Of a stretch of DNA of 32,000 bases, positions 7,852-15,493 are shown in pieces. Positions within the stretch are counted from its first letter, which is position 1. Every line of letters starts with the position of its first letter. This DNA is from Faecalispora sporosphaeroides DSM 1294. GTDB lineage: Bacteria > Bacillota > Clostridia > Oscillospirales > Acutalibacteraceae. The position numbers were made by a program, and so were the translations under genes. The stretch spans positions 546,836-578,835 of the forward strand of contig NZ_KB911066.1 in NCBI RefSeq assembly GCF_000383295.1, written 5' to 3'. The notes below the pieces were generated by a model that saw only the letters and a program-made list of their open reading frames with translations, did not search any database and was not told where the DNA came from.

Positions 7852-8835
7852 TTAAAGAGTTTCAAACGGGGCGATGATTTCGCTGATTTTTTCCATCATC
7901 TCCTCATCGATCTCCCAGGTCAGGCAATGGATGTTCTGTTCCAGCTGCTGAATCGAGGATGCGCCCCCGATGATGCAGGTGACCTCCGGCTTTTGTCTCA
8001 GCCAGTTCAGCGCGATTTCGTTCATGGGCCTCCCGTATTCATCCGCAAGCTTCTTCAGCTTTTTCCCCGCCTCAAAATACCGCTCAAACTGGGGCCCCAC
8101 CAGCTTTGGATTCTCGTTGCGGATATCATGCCTGGAAAAGGTGATCCCGGAATGGAACTTACCCGCCAGCAGGCCCTGGAACAGCGGGCTGTAAGGCAAA
8201 AACGCCTGCCCGTGTTTTCTGACGGCGGGCAGCACCTCCGCCTCCGTGCGGTACTCCAGCGGAATACCGTGGTAGCTGGTGGTGTTCCGCTCCAGCATGT
8301 TATACAGGCTCTGCTGACAATGCACCGGTGTCAGCTTTCTCATCCTCTCCACATCCGCCTGAGAAAAATTGCTCAGTCCCACATAACGGATTTTACCGGC
8401 CTGTTTGATCTCCTCCAGCGCTTCGGCGGTTTCCTCCAGCGGCACGTTGGGGTCGGGCCAGTGCATCTGGTAAATATCGATATGGTCCGTCTGCAGCCTT
8501 GTCAGGGTTTGGTCAATCTCCTTCATCAGGCTCTTTTTGGAAAGGTTGTTGGTCGTTTCGTGCGCATCGTTCCAGAGGAGCCCGCCCTTCGACGCAATCA
8601 AAACCTTATCCCTCAAACGCCCCTGTTTCAGGGCCATTCCCAGCACCTGCTCCGAGTGCCCCCATCCGTACACAGGGGCCACGTCAAAAAAGTTGATTCC
8701 CAAATCAATCGCCCTGTGGATGATATCGACGGATTTCCTATCGTCCGTCGAATCCCAGTCGCCGCCGAAATTCCAGCAGCCCACGCCGATGACGGAGATT
8801 TCTTCCTCTATCATCTTCACCTTTTTGTAAAGCAT
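7852..8835 (-). CDS. Aldo/keto reductase family oxidoreductase
   Basis: ORF 7852..8835. Segments GINFFDVAPVYGWGHSE, DIYQMHWPD, IRYVGLSNF and IIGGASSIQQLEQN are AKR-typical. A GGAGGTG RBS lies upstream. Confidence 0.88.
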   Translation of the reverse strand: MLYKKVKMIEEEISVIGVGCWNFGGDWDSTDDRKSVDIIHRAIDLGINFFDVAPVYGWGHSEQVLGMALKQGRLRDKVLIASKGGLLWNDAHETTNNLSKKSLMKEIDQTLTRLQTDHIDIYQMHWPDPNVPLEETAEALEEIKQAGKIRYVGLSNFSQADVERMRKLTPVHCQQSLYNMLERNTTSYHGIPLEYRTEAEVLPAVRKHGQAFLPYSPLFQGLLAGKFHSGITFSRHDIRNENPKLVGPQFERYFEAGKKLKKLADEYGRPMNEIALNWLRQKPEVTCIIGGASSIQQLEQNIHCLTWEIDEEMMEKISEIIAPFETL

Positions 8836-8871
8836 AATCGCGCACCTCCACCGCTCTAATAATTGTATGGT

Positions 8872-9846
8872 TCAATTTCTTTTTTTCCGCACCTTATCCA
8901 AAACAACCGCTATTACAATCAGGGAACCGATGATGATCTCCATGATAAAGGAATTGATTCCCAAAAGGGTTCCGCCCTGCCGCAGGGTAGCCATGATCAT
9001 GGCGCCCAGCACCGCACCGATCACAGAGCCCTCACCGCCGTCCAGACTGGCTCCGCCGACCACCGCGGCCGCGATGGCGTCGAGCTCATACCCCGTGCCC
9101 GCATTCGGAACCCCGTTGCCAAGTCTGGAGGCGAGGAGGATTCCTGCTACGCCGCACACGCTGGAGCAGAATATGTATACGCCGTACACCACGGAGCGCA
9201 CGCGGATGCCGCTCAGTCTGGCGGCCTCTTTGTTGCTGCCGTAGGCGTACATGTTGCGCCCGAATACAGTCTTCTTCGCAATGAACAGGCCAATGCAGAC
9301 GAACGCGGCCCACGAAAGAAACAGATAGGGAATGCCGAGCAGGCTGTCTGCCGCAAAATTGGTAAATACCTTTGGAAGATCCGATATGGTTTTCGCACCT
9401 GTGATCAACAGAATCAAATTTCTGACGATGGTCAGGGAGCCCAGTGTGGCGATAAAGGGCGGAACGTTTGCGTCGTACACCAGAATCCCATTGAACAGCC
9501 CCACCAGAGCGCTGGACGCAATCGCCAGCAAAATGGCGATTGGGATAGGCACGCCGTTCACCATACCCATGGCGACGATCACGCCGGAAAGCCCGACCAC
9601 GGAACCGACGGAGATATCGATTCCCGATGAAGTGATGACAAACACCATTCCGATTGCGATGATGCCGTAGATGGAGGCCTGCTTCAGGAGCTTCATCAAT
9701 GTGTCCAACTGAAAAAACACCGGAGAGGTATTCCCGAAAAACAGAAACAGCACGGCGAGAATGCCGACCAGAAGCAGCTCTGTTTGGTAGCGCGCCAAAT
9801 AGCTGTTGTATTGCCTTTGTTTCAATGATTTATTTTCTGCCGTCAT
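8872..9846 (-). CDS. CUT2 (ribose/monosaccharide-type) ABC transporter permease
   Basis: ORF 8872..9846. Polytopic hydrophobic protein similar to RbsC/MglC-type permeases (GIDISVGS, ARLSGI). Confidence 0.85.
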   Translation of the reverse strand: MTAENKSLKQRQYNSYLARYQTELLLVGILAVLFLFFGNTSPVFFQLDTLMKLLKQASIYGIIAIGMVFVITSSGIDISVGSVVGLSGVIVAMGMVNGVPIPIAILLAIASSALVGLFNGILVYDANVPPFIATLGSLTIVRNLILLITGAKTISDLPKVFTNFAADSLLGIPYLFLSWAAFVCIGLFIAKKTVFGRNMYAYGSNKEAARLSGIRVRSVVYGVYIFCSSVCGVAGILLASRLGNGVPNAGTGYELDAIAAAVVGGASLDGGEGSVIGAVLGAMIMATLRQGGTLLGINSFIMEIIIGSLIVIAVVLDKVRKKRN

Positions 9847-9849
9847 CGT

Positions 9850-11358
9850 TTACTCCTTTCCCTTTATCCCGGAGGCCAGGCGAAGAATCCGTTCCTCCTG
9901 AAATTCGTCTCTGGATAAGATCCCGGTCTGCCGCCCCTCATACATAATCAGCATGCGATCGGCCAGCCCCATCACCTCAGGAAGATAGGAGGAAATCATG
10001 ATGATCGTTTTGCCCTCCTTGAGCAGGGTTTCAAAGATTTTATAAATCTCCAGCTTCGCGCCGACATCCACCCCCACAGTCGGCTCGTCAAAGATGAACA
10101 GCTCGCTGTCCTGCTCCAGCCATTTGGAAATGACGACCTTCTGCTGGTTCCCGCCCGAAAGATTCTTGACCCGCTGGTAAACGGACGGTGTTTTGATCCT
10201 GAGCGCATTGCAGAAGCGTTTGGCGATTTTAACGCTCTCGTGATTATTCACCACGCCATACCGGCTGATTTTATTCTGTGCCACCATATTGATATTGTCT
10301 GAAACAGACAAGCCCAGCGCCAGCCCCTGCGCGCGTCTGTTTTCGGGGAGCAGAGCGACCCCCGCCTTAATTCCTTGCGCCGGCCTGACAAAATCCGCCT
10401 GTTTTCCGTAAAGGGTGACGGTGCCGCCCTCTTTGACATCGGCGCCGAAAAGACTCCTCACAATTTCTGTCCGCCCGGAGCCGACCAGGCCGAACATGCC
10501 GAAGATCTCCCCTTTTCTCACCTCAAAGCTGATATTGGAAAACGCCCTTCCCCTGGATATATTATCAACCTTCAGTATCGTTTCCCCTGGAGCCTGATGC
10601 TGAATCTGGTACATGTTTTCCACGTTTCGGCCCACCATCATGGCGATCAGCTGATCCTGCGTGGTTTGGCCGATCGGAACAGTGCCCACCAACGCGCCGT
10701 CCTTTAGCACAGTGGCCCGGTCGCAGATGGAGAAAATCTCTTCCATCCGGTGCGAAACGTACAGGATTCCCACCCCGCTGTTCTTTAGCCGCCCGATCAT
10801 TTGAAAAAGCTGCTTCGTTTCATCGTTCGTCAGCAATGCGGTGGGTTCGTCAAAAATGACCAGTTTGGCTTTTTGAAATATGGTCTTGCCGATTGCGACC
10901 ATTTCCTGCTGCGCCACCGACAACGTTCGGATAATCGCTTTGGGATCGACATGCACGTGAATAGATTCCAGAATCTCCTTCGTGGCCCGATGGATCATTT
11001 TAAAATCAACGGTGCCGAGCTTGGTTTTGGGGAGCTGCCCCATAAAAAAATTTTCGGCCACGGACAGATGCTGCGCGAGATTGACGTCCTGATAGACCGC
11101 GCCGAATCCAAAGGCCTGGGCCTGAACGGGCGATCGGGCTTCTTTTAATTCGCCCTCCACATAGATTTCGCCCGCCGTTTTGGAGTAAATGCCCATCAGA
11201 ATTTTGATGAGCGTGGACTTTCCGGCGCCGTTTTCCCCAATCAGGGCATGCACCTCCCCCGGGTACACCTCTAAATCCACACCGGACAAAGCGCGAACTC
11301 CCGGAAAATCCTTTACCAGTCCCTTTATGGCGACGATTGGCTGTGCTTGCGTTTGCAT
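9850..11358 (-). CDS. CUT2 sugar ABC transporter ATP-binding protein (tandem ABC domains)
   Basis: Met at 11358 (MQTQAQPIVAIKGL) follows GGAGG. Walker A GENGAGKST, second-domain signature LSGGNQQKV, Walker B IFDEPT in both halves. Confidence 0.9.
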   Translation of the reverse strand: MQTQAQPIVAIKGLVKDFPGVRALSGVDLEVYPGEVHALIGENGAGKSTLIKILMGIYSKTAGEIYVEGELKEARSPVQAQAFGFGAVYQDVNLAQHLSVAENFFMGQLPKTKLGTVDFKMIHRATKEILESIHVHVDPKAIIRTLSVAQQEMVAIGKTIFQKAKLVIFDEPTALLTNDETKQLFQMIGRLKNSGVGILYVSHRMEEIFSICDRATVLKDGALVGTVPIGQTTQDQLIAMMVGRNVENMYQIQHQAPGETILKVDNISRGRAFSNISFEVRKGEIFGMFGLVGSGRTEIVRSLFGADVKEGGTVTLYGKQADFVRPAQGIKAGVALLPENRRAQGLALGLSVSDNINMVAQNKISRYGVVNNHESVKIAKRFCNALRIKTPSVYQRVKNLSGGNQQKVVISKWLEQDSELFIFDEPTVGVDVGAKLEIYKIFETLLKEGKTIIMISSYLPEVMGLADRMLIMYEGRQTGILSRDEFQEERILRLASGIKGKE

Positions 11359-11462
11359 ACGAACCTCCCTGTCTGAAAACCAGACTTCCTCCGCCACTCC
11401 CTCATGCTTGGAACCATCGGCTTCGGAAGTCTGATTTTCCCCCTTTAGAACGTATCGATTCT

Positions 11463-12491
11463 TTATTTGCCGGGATACAGCAGCTTCTGCACCGCATCCT
11501 CCTGAATATTCTTCTTCGTCACCAGCGTCGTTTCGGAAACCTTATCCTTTTCAAGCTCCTTGCCCTCGAGCTTCGATACCGCGGCCAACACCCCGTTATA
11601 GCCCATCCCGAAGGGGTCCTGAACGACGATGCCGGTCAGATTACCGTTTTGAATCGCATCGATTTCGGTATCGTCCGAATCGAAAGCATAGGTGACGATT
11701 TTATCGCCCTTTTTGCTTTGCTCCATCGCTTTCGCAATGCCGTCGCCCATGTGGTTGTTGTCGCCAAAAATCCCGATCAGGTCCTGATTGGCCAAAACTA
11801 GGTTATCGGCCGCGTCAAGCGCTTTCTGAATGTCGTTGTCGCAATACTGGGTTTCAAGAACAACAATGCCCGGAACAAGGCGCTTGATTTCATCCGTGAA
11901 CCCCTTGCAGCGCGCCTGGTTGACGGCCGAACCGGAATCCGCACTAATTAAGGCCACTTTTTTGCCCGCGGGATCAATGCCCTTTGCCTTCCACTGCTCC
12001 ACCATATCTGCCGCGGCGGTGGCGGCGGCCGCCGCGTGGTCTGTGGCGATATGCTGGGTATACGCATCCGTTTCCAGCTTATTGTCCACCGTTACCACGG
12101 GAATGCCTGCTTTGACTGCCTGCTCAACCGCCGGCACGGTGGAGGTGGAGCTGATGGAAGCGAGCACAATGCCGTCCGGCTTTGCGGCAATCGCGTTTTC
12201 CAGAATGGTCACCTGCTTATCGATGTCGGTCTCCGAGGCAGGGCCGTCTGTTGTAACCTTGATCTTCCCATTGCTTTCCTCCGCCGCGGCCTTCGCCCCG
12301 AGCAAAAGCGTCTGCCAATAAGAGGAGTCGGTGGCTTTGATGATTACGGTGACATGGTAGGTGTCTTTCCCCGCGCCGGAAGCCCCGGAAGCGGCGGACG
12401 GCGCCGGCGCCGGGGCCGCCGTACCCCCGCAGGCCCCAAGGGATACGGCCATCGAGGCCGCCAGAAGCACTGACAAAACCTTCTTCTTCAT
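11463..12491 (-). CDS. Sugar ABC transporter substrate-binding lipoprotein (periplasmic-binding-protein type I, RbsB-like)
   Basis: Met at 12491 (MKKKVLSVLLAASMAVSLGAC) follows GGAGG. It has a lipobox Cys, an Ala/Pro/Ser/Gly-rich linker, then an RbsB-like body. Confidence 0.88.
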   Translation of the reverse strand: MKKKVLSVLLAASMAVSLGACGGTAAPAPAPSAASGASGAGKDTYHVTVIIKATDSSYWQTLLLGAKAAAEESNGKIKVTTDGPASETDIDKQVTILENAIAAKPDGIVLASISSTSTVPAVEQAVKAGIPVVTVDNKLETDAYTQHIATDHAAAAATAAADMVEQWKAKGIDPAGKKVALISADSGSAVNQARCKGFTDEIKRLVPGIVVLETQYCDNDIQKALDAADNLVLANQDLIGIFGDNNHMGDGIAKAMEQSKKGDKIVTYAFDSDDTEIDAIQNGNLTGIVVQDPFGMGYNGVLAAVSKLEGKELEKDKVSETTLVTKKNIQEDAVQKLLYPGK

Positions 12492-12566
12492 ACTAACATC
12501 CTCCATTTCTTCAATAGAAAAATATATAACAGAAAAATTTCTGTTAACGATAAAGGATTCCCGTTT

Positions 12567-12584
12567 TATGGAACCGGTTCCATA
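12567..12584. promoter_or_regulatory. LacI-family-type operator: 18-bp perfect palindrome TATGGAACCGGTTCCATA
   Basis: Read directly from the sequence. It has a central CG and TGGAA/TTCCA arms like the cre/LacI consensus TGNAANCGNTTNCA. It sits 76 nt upstream of the SBP start codon and just downstream of the lacI-family stop. Confidence 0.7.
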
Positions 12585-12599
12585 TCCTTTGCAGCAAAT

Positions 12600-13619
12600 T
12601 CACTCTCCCTGCTTTCTTTCAGAACCCTTCAGTTCCAATTTACAGGGCACCACCCATATGTTTCTGCTGCCGTCCGGTTCCGCCATGCGGCGCATCAACA
12701 GTCTGATCGCCATTTTCCCCATTTCCTCCGTGTCGCGGGAAACGCAGCTGAAATGAAACCCCAGCGCATCCAGTGTGGGGATGCGGTCAATTCCAACGGC
12801 TGCGATGTCCTTCCCCACGGTGATTCCCGCCTCCACCATCGCCTTGAGGAACCCCATGCTGGTGCGGTTGTTTGTGGTCACCATGGCGTCCGGCAAATCC
12901 CCGGAGGCGATCATCCGCTTCATCAGTTCATAGGCCGTGTCTGTGGTGAAATCGCCCTTCCATACATCTTTATCGAGAATCACCCTATGGTACGCCGCCA
13001 TCGCGTCCTGAAAGCCCCGGTAACGCTCTCTTGCGATCTTCAGCTGCATATCACCCAGAATAATCGCAATCCTCTCGTTGCCCGCCTTAATCAGGCTTTC
13101 CGCCGCAAGATAACCGCTTTCATAGTTCTGAAAATAAACGGTGTCCCACTCCGAATCATCTAAATCTCTGTCGACCACCACGATGGGAACCGCCAGCTTG
13201 GAGAGCGCCCCTTTGATTATATCAATGGATTCCTTCCCATAGCCCATGGCAGGCGTGATGATGACCCCCCTGACCCGTTGCTGCTCCAGCATCCCGAGTG
13301 CCTTCAGCTCTTTTTCGCCGCTGTTCTGCGTGTCGCAGAAAATCAGGGAAAAGCCGTTTTCATCGGCCATTTTGGTGATTCCCTTCAACACCTCGGCAAA
13401 AAAGGGGTTGTCGATTTCGGGGATCACCACGCCGATAATACTGCTCTCCTGCTTGGAAAGGCTCACCGCGGCAGCCGAGGGCTTATACTGGTGTTCTTTG
13501 ATCACCTTCTCGATTTTCTGCCGAGCCTCGTTGCTGACATAGCCGCTATTATTCAGCACTCTGGACACTGTGGATTTGGACATTCCGGCTAATTTGGCCA
13601 CTTCTTTGATCGTTAGCAT
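12600..13619 (-). CDS. LacI-family transcriptional regulator
   Basis: Met at 13619 (MLTIKEVAKLAGMSKSTVSRVLNN) gives the canonical N-terminal HTH, followed by a PBP-type effector domain. Confidence 0.9.
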   Translation of the reverse strand: MLTIKEVAKLAGMSKSTVSRVLNNSGYVSNEARQKIEKVIKEHQYKPSAAAVSLSKQESSIIGVVIPEIDNPFFAEVLKGITKMADENGFSLIFCDTQNSGEKELKALGMLEQQRVRGVIITPAMGYGKESIDIIKGALSKLAVPIVVVDRDLDDSEWDTVYFQNYESGYLAAESLIKAGNERIAIILGDMQLKIARERYRGFQDAMAAYHRVILDKDVWKGDFTTDTAYELMKRMIASGDLPDAMVTTNNRTSMGFLKAMVEAGITVGKDIAAVGIDRIPTLDALGFHFSCVSRDTEEMGKMAIRLLMRRMAEPDGSRNIWVVPCKLELKGSERKQGE

Positions 13620-13789
13620 TATGAAACCCTGATTCCATTTCAGTATTTGTAAAACCGTTCCCACTACACATTCCTATGTATTTCAGATAAATAATATTAA
13701 TAAATTTAAAAACAGAAAAGCATTTTTACCAATAAATATGTTGAAGAGTGATCAAAATATGTTCTTTCTAATTTCAGTTTCCCCTTTTT

Positions 13790-13806
13790 TATGGAACCGC
13801 TTCCAG
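13790..13806. promoter_or_regulatory. Second, imperfect copy of the LacI-type operator (TATGGAACCGCTTCCAG)
   Basis: Shares the exact 13-mer TTTTATGGAACCG (13787-13799) with the first site (12564-12576). It lies about 170 nt upstream of the lacI-family start. Confidence 0.5.
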
Positions 13807-13991
13807 AATCTTGCTTATCTAGGTCGGCAAAAAGCGGACTATAAGACCGGAATTTCTCTCTGCCCCACAACTGAATTCTCTATTGAAAGAACATGTGGGG
13901 AAGTTCACAGTCATTTCTTTATAAAAATTGCACATTTCATTTGGAATGACTTTTTGATAATTGTGGGGTAATCTAAAATCCTGAAAAACTA

Positions 13992-14021
13992 TTGACAACT
14001 CCATGCAGAAAGCTATATGAT
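13992..14021 (+). promoter_or_regulatory. Sigma-A-like promoter candidate, TTGACA-N18-TATGAT
   Basis: TTGACA at 13992-13997 and TATGAT at 14016-14021, inside a 600-bp AT-rich spacer. No better promoter is visible closer to the ATG at 14225. Confidence 0.45.
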
Positions 14022-14057
14022 AGCGGCATAACACAAAGAGAATATTCCATAAACAAT

Positions 14058-14098
14058 GGCGTTTTGAAAATGACTTTTCAAAGCGCCTTTTTTGTTTT
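14058..14098 (+). terminator. Rho-independent terminator-like hairpin in the leader of the 14225 operon
   Basis: GGCGTTTTGAAAA (14058-14070), loop TGAC, TTTTCAAAGCGCC (14075-14087). That is 13 bp with one G-U pair, followed by TTTTTTGTTTT. Confidence 0.6.
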
Positions 14099-14224
14099 CC
14101 TTTTGGAATTCACGCTTCAAAGGCAAGACACAGCATTCCCGGCGCACTCTTATTCATCAAATAATAAATAATTTTATCATCCTTATTCATTTTAGAATGA
14201 AATCATCATTTTCAGGAGGAGCTC

Positions 14225-15493
14225 ATGAATTGTAAAACAGATGCCCTGACGATCAACAGAAGCCGGCTGCAAGAGAACCTGCTGGAGCTTTCTGCAATCG
14301 GAAAAAATCAGCAGGGCGGAATTGACCGATGGCTGGGCAGCGAGGCGGATTCTTCCGCCCGCAGGTGGCTGCGGGACTACTGGGAACATCACACAAGCAC
14401 AGAATTTCATACAGACGCGATCGCCAATCTGTGGGCGAAGAGTACGGGGACGCTTTCCCTTGCCCCACTGGTGATCGGTTCGCATCACGACACCGTTCCA
14501 AACGGGGGAATGTACGACGGGGCGCTGGGCGTGTTAATGGCCACCGAAATTTTGCAGACGCTTCAGGAATCCGGTAAAAAGCTGCGCCACCCCCTCTGGG
14601 TCGTATCCCTTACCGCAGAAGAGCCCAACCCGTTCAATGTATCTACCCTGGGCAGCAAGGTGCTGGGCGGAGTGTTGAAATACAAAGACCTCAAGGATGT
14701 CAACCATATGCAGACCGGCCAGACCCTGGCGGACGCCATCCGCCGCATCGGCGGAAATCTGGAGAAAATCGATTCTCTGCAAATTGCGCAAGGGCAGATA
14801 GCCGCCTTTCTGGAATGCCATATCGAGCAGGGCCGGCGGCTGGCCGACCAAAAGCTCCCATCGGCTGCGGTGTGCAGCATCACCGGGATTTACCGCGAAA
14901 TCATCACCGTAACGGGAACTGCCAATCACGCCGGCACCACTGTGATGACAGACCGGCAGGACGCTCTGTGCGCCGCATCCGAGGTGGTTCTGCTGGCGGA
15001 AACCTCCGCGGCGGCACTGCACAGCGACGAAGCCGTTGCCACCGTGGGCTTTTTGCAGATCAGGCCCAACTCGACGAACATCATTCCCGCGTCGGCAGAA
15101 ATGATTCTGGAAATGAGGGCATCCGACCCCGCAAAAAAGGAAGAATTTTTGAAGCTGCTCACACAGGGAGTGAACCAAATTGCCGAAAACAGAAAGCTTT
15201 CGATCCAACGCAAAATGATTCTGGACCAGCCGCCGATGCCGATGAACCCCACCGTGATCAAGGCAGTGGAGCAGGGCATTGAGCAAGGCGGCCGGCCAGC
15301 GGTTCAACTGGTGAGCATGGCGGGGCACGACGCCGCGCACATGGCCAGAGTGACACGCTCCGGCATGATTTTCGCCCAGAGCGTGAACGGCAAAAGCCAT
15401 TGCGCCGATGAAGCCGCCGAAATGGACGACATTGAGTATACCGCAAATGCAATGCTCTCTGCGTTGCTGATCCTGGATGAGGAGCTGGACTAA
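14225..15493 (+). CDS. M20-family Zn amidase of the hydantoinase/carbamoylase (allantoate amidohydrolase / N-carbamoyl-amino-acid hydrolase) type
   Basis: AGGAGG lies 6 nt upstream. Segment VIGSHHDTVPNGGMYDGALGV matches the GSHxDxVxxGGxxDGxxGV signature of this subfamily. Length is about 420 aa. Confidence 0.85.
   Translation: MNCKTDALTINRSRLQENLLELSAIGKNQQGGIDRWLGSEADSSARRWLRDYWEHHTSTEFHTDAIANLWAKSTGTLSLAPLVIGSHHDTVPNGGMYDGALGVLMATEILQTLQESGKKLRHPLWVVSLTAEEPNPFNVSTLGSKVLGGVLKYKDLKDVNHMQTGQTLADAIRRIGGNLEKIDSLQIAQGQIAAFLECHIEQGRRLADQKLPSAAVCSITGIYREIITVTGTANHAGTTVMTDRQDALCAASEVVLLAETSAAALHSDEAVATVGFLQIRPNSTNIIPASAEMILEMRASDPAKKEEFLKLLTQGVNQIAENRKLSIQRKMILDQPPMPMNPTVIKAVEQGIEQGGRPAVQLVSMAGHDAAHMARVTRSGMIFAQSVNGKSHCADEAAEMDDIEYTANAMLSALLILDEELD

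Noticed and set aside
7927-8859. 310-aa + strand ORF, and similar long ORFs at 19726-20760 (-), 5436-6272 (-), 14534-15400 (-), 16912-17811 (-), 15539-16267 (-), 1042-1830 (-), 25777-26583 (-), 27053-27955 (+) and 28192-28860 (+)
   Set aside because: Each lies antisense to, or out of frame with, a gene with clear family motifs. Their translations are Arg/Gly/Pro/His-rich low-complexity sequence typical of shadow ORFs in high-GC DNA. They lack RBS-like sequences. No support as genes.
13738-14034. Small ORFs in the AT-rich spacer (13738-13971 +, 77 aa; 13819-14034 -, 71 aa), and the 7-bp inverted repeat CCCCACA/TGTGGGG (13863-13900)
   Set aside because: No RBS. The translations are Phe/Ile/Asn-rich, as expected from AT-rich non-coding DNA, with no recognisable domain. 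The short repeat is within chance expectation.
14022-14057. Considered a small riboswitch (for example preQ1-class size) between the 13992 promoter and the 14058 terminator
   Set aside because: The ~30-nt segment (GCATAACACAAAGAGAATATTCCATAAACAAT) does not resemble any riboswitch consensus I know. It was kept only as an unexplained attenuator/sRNA candidate.
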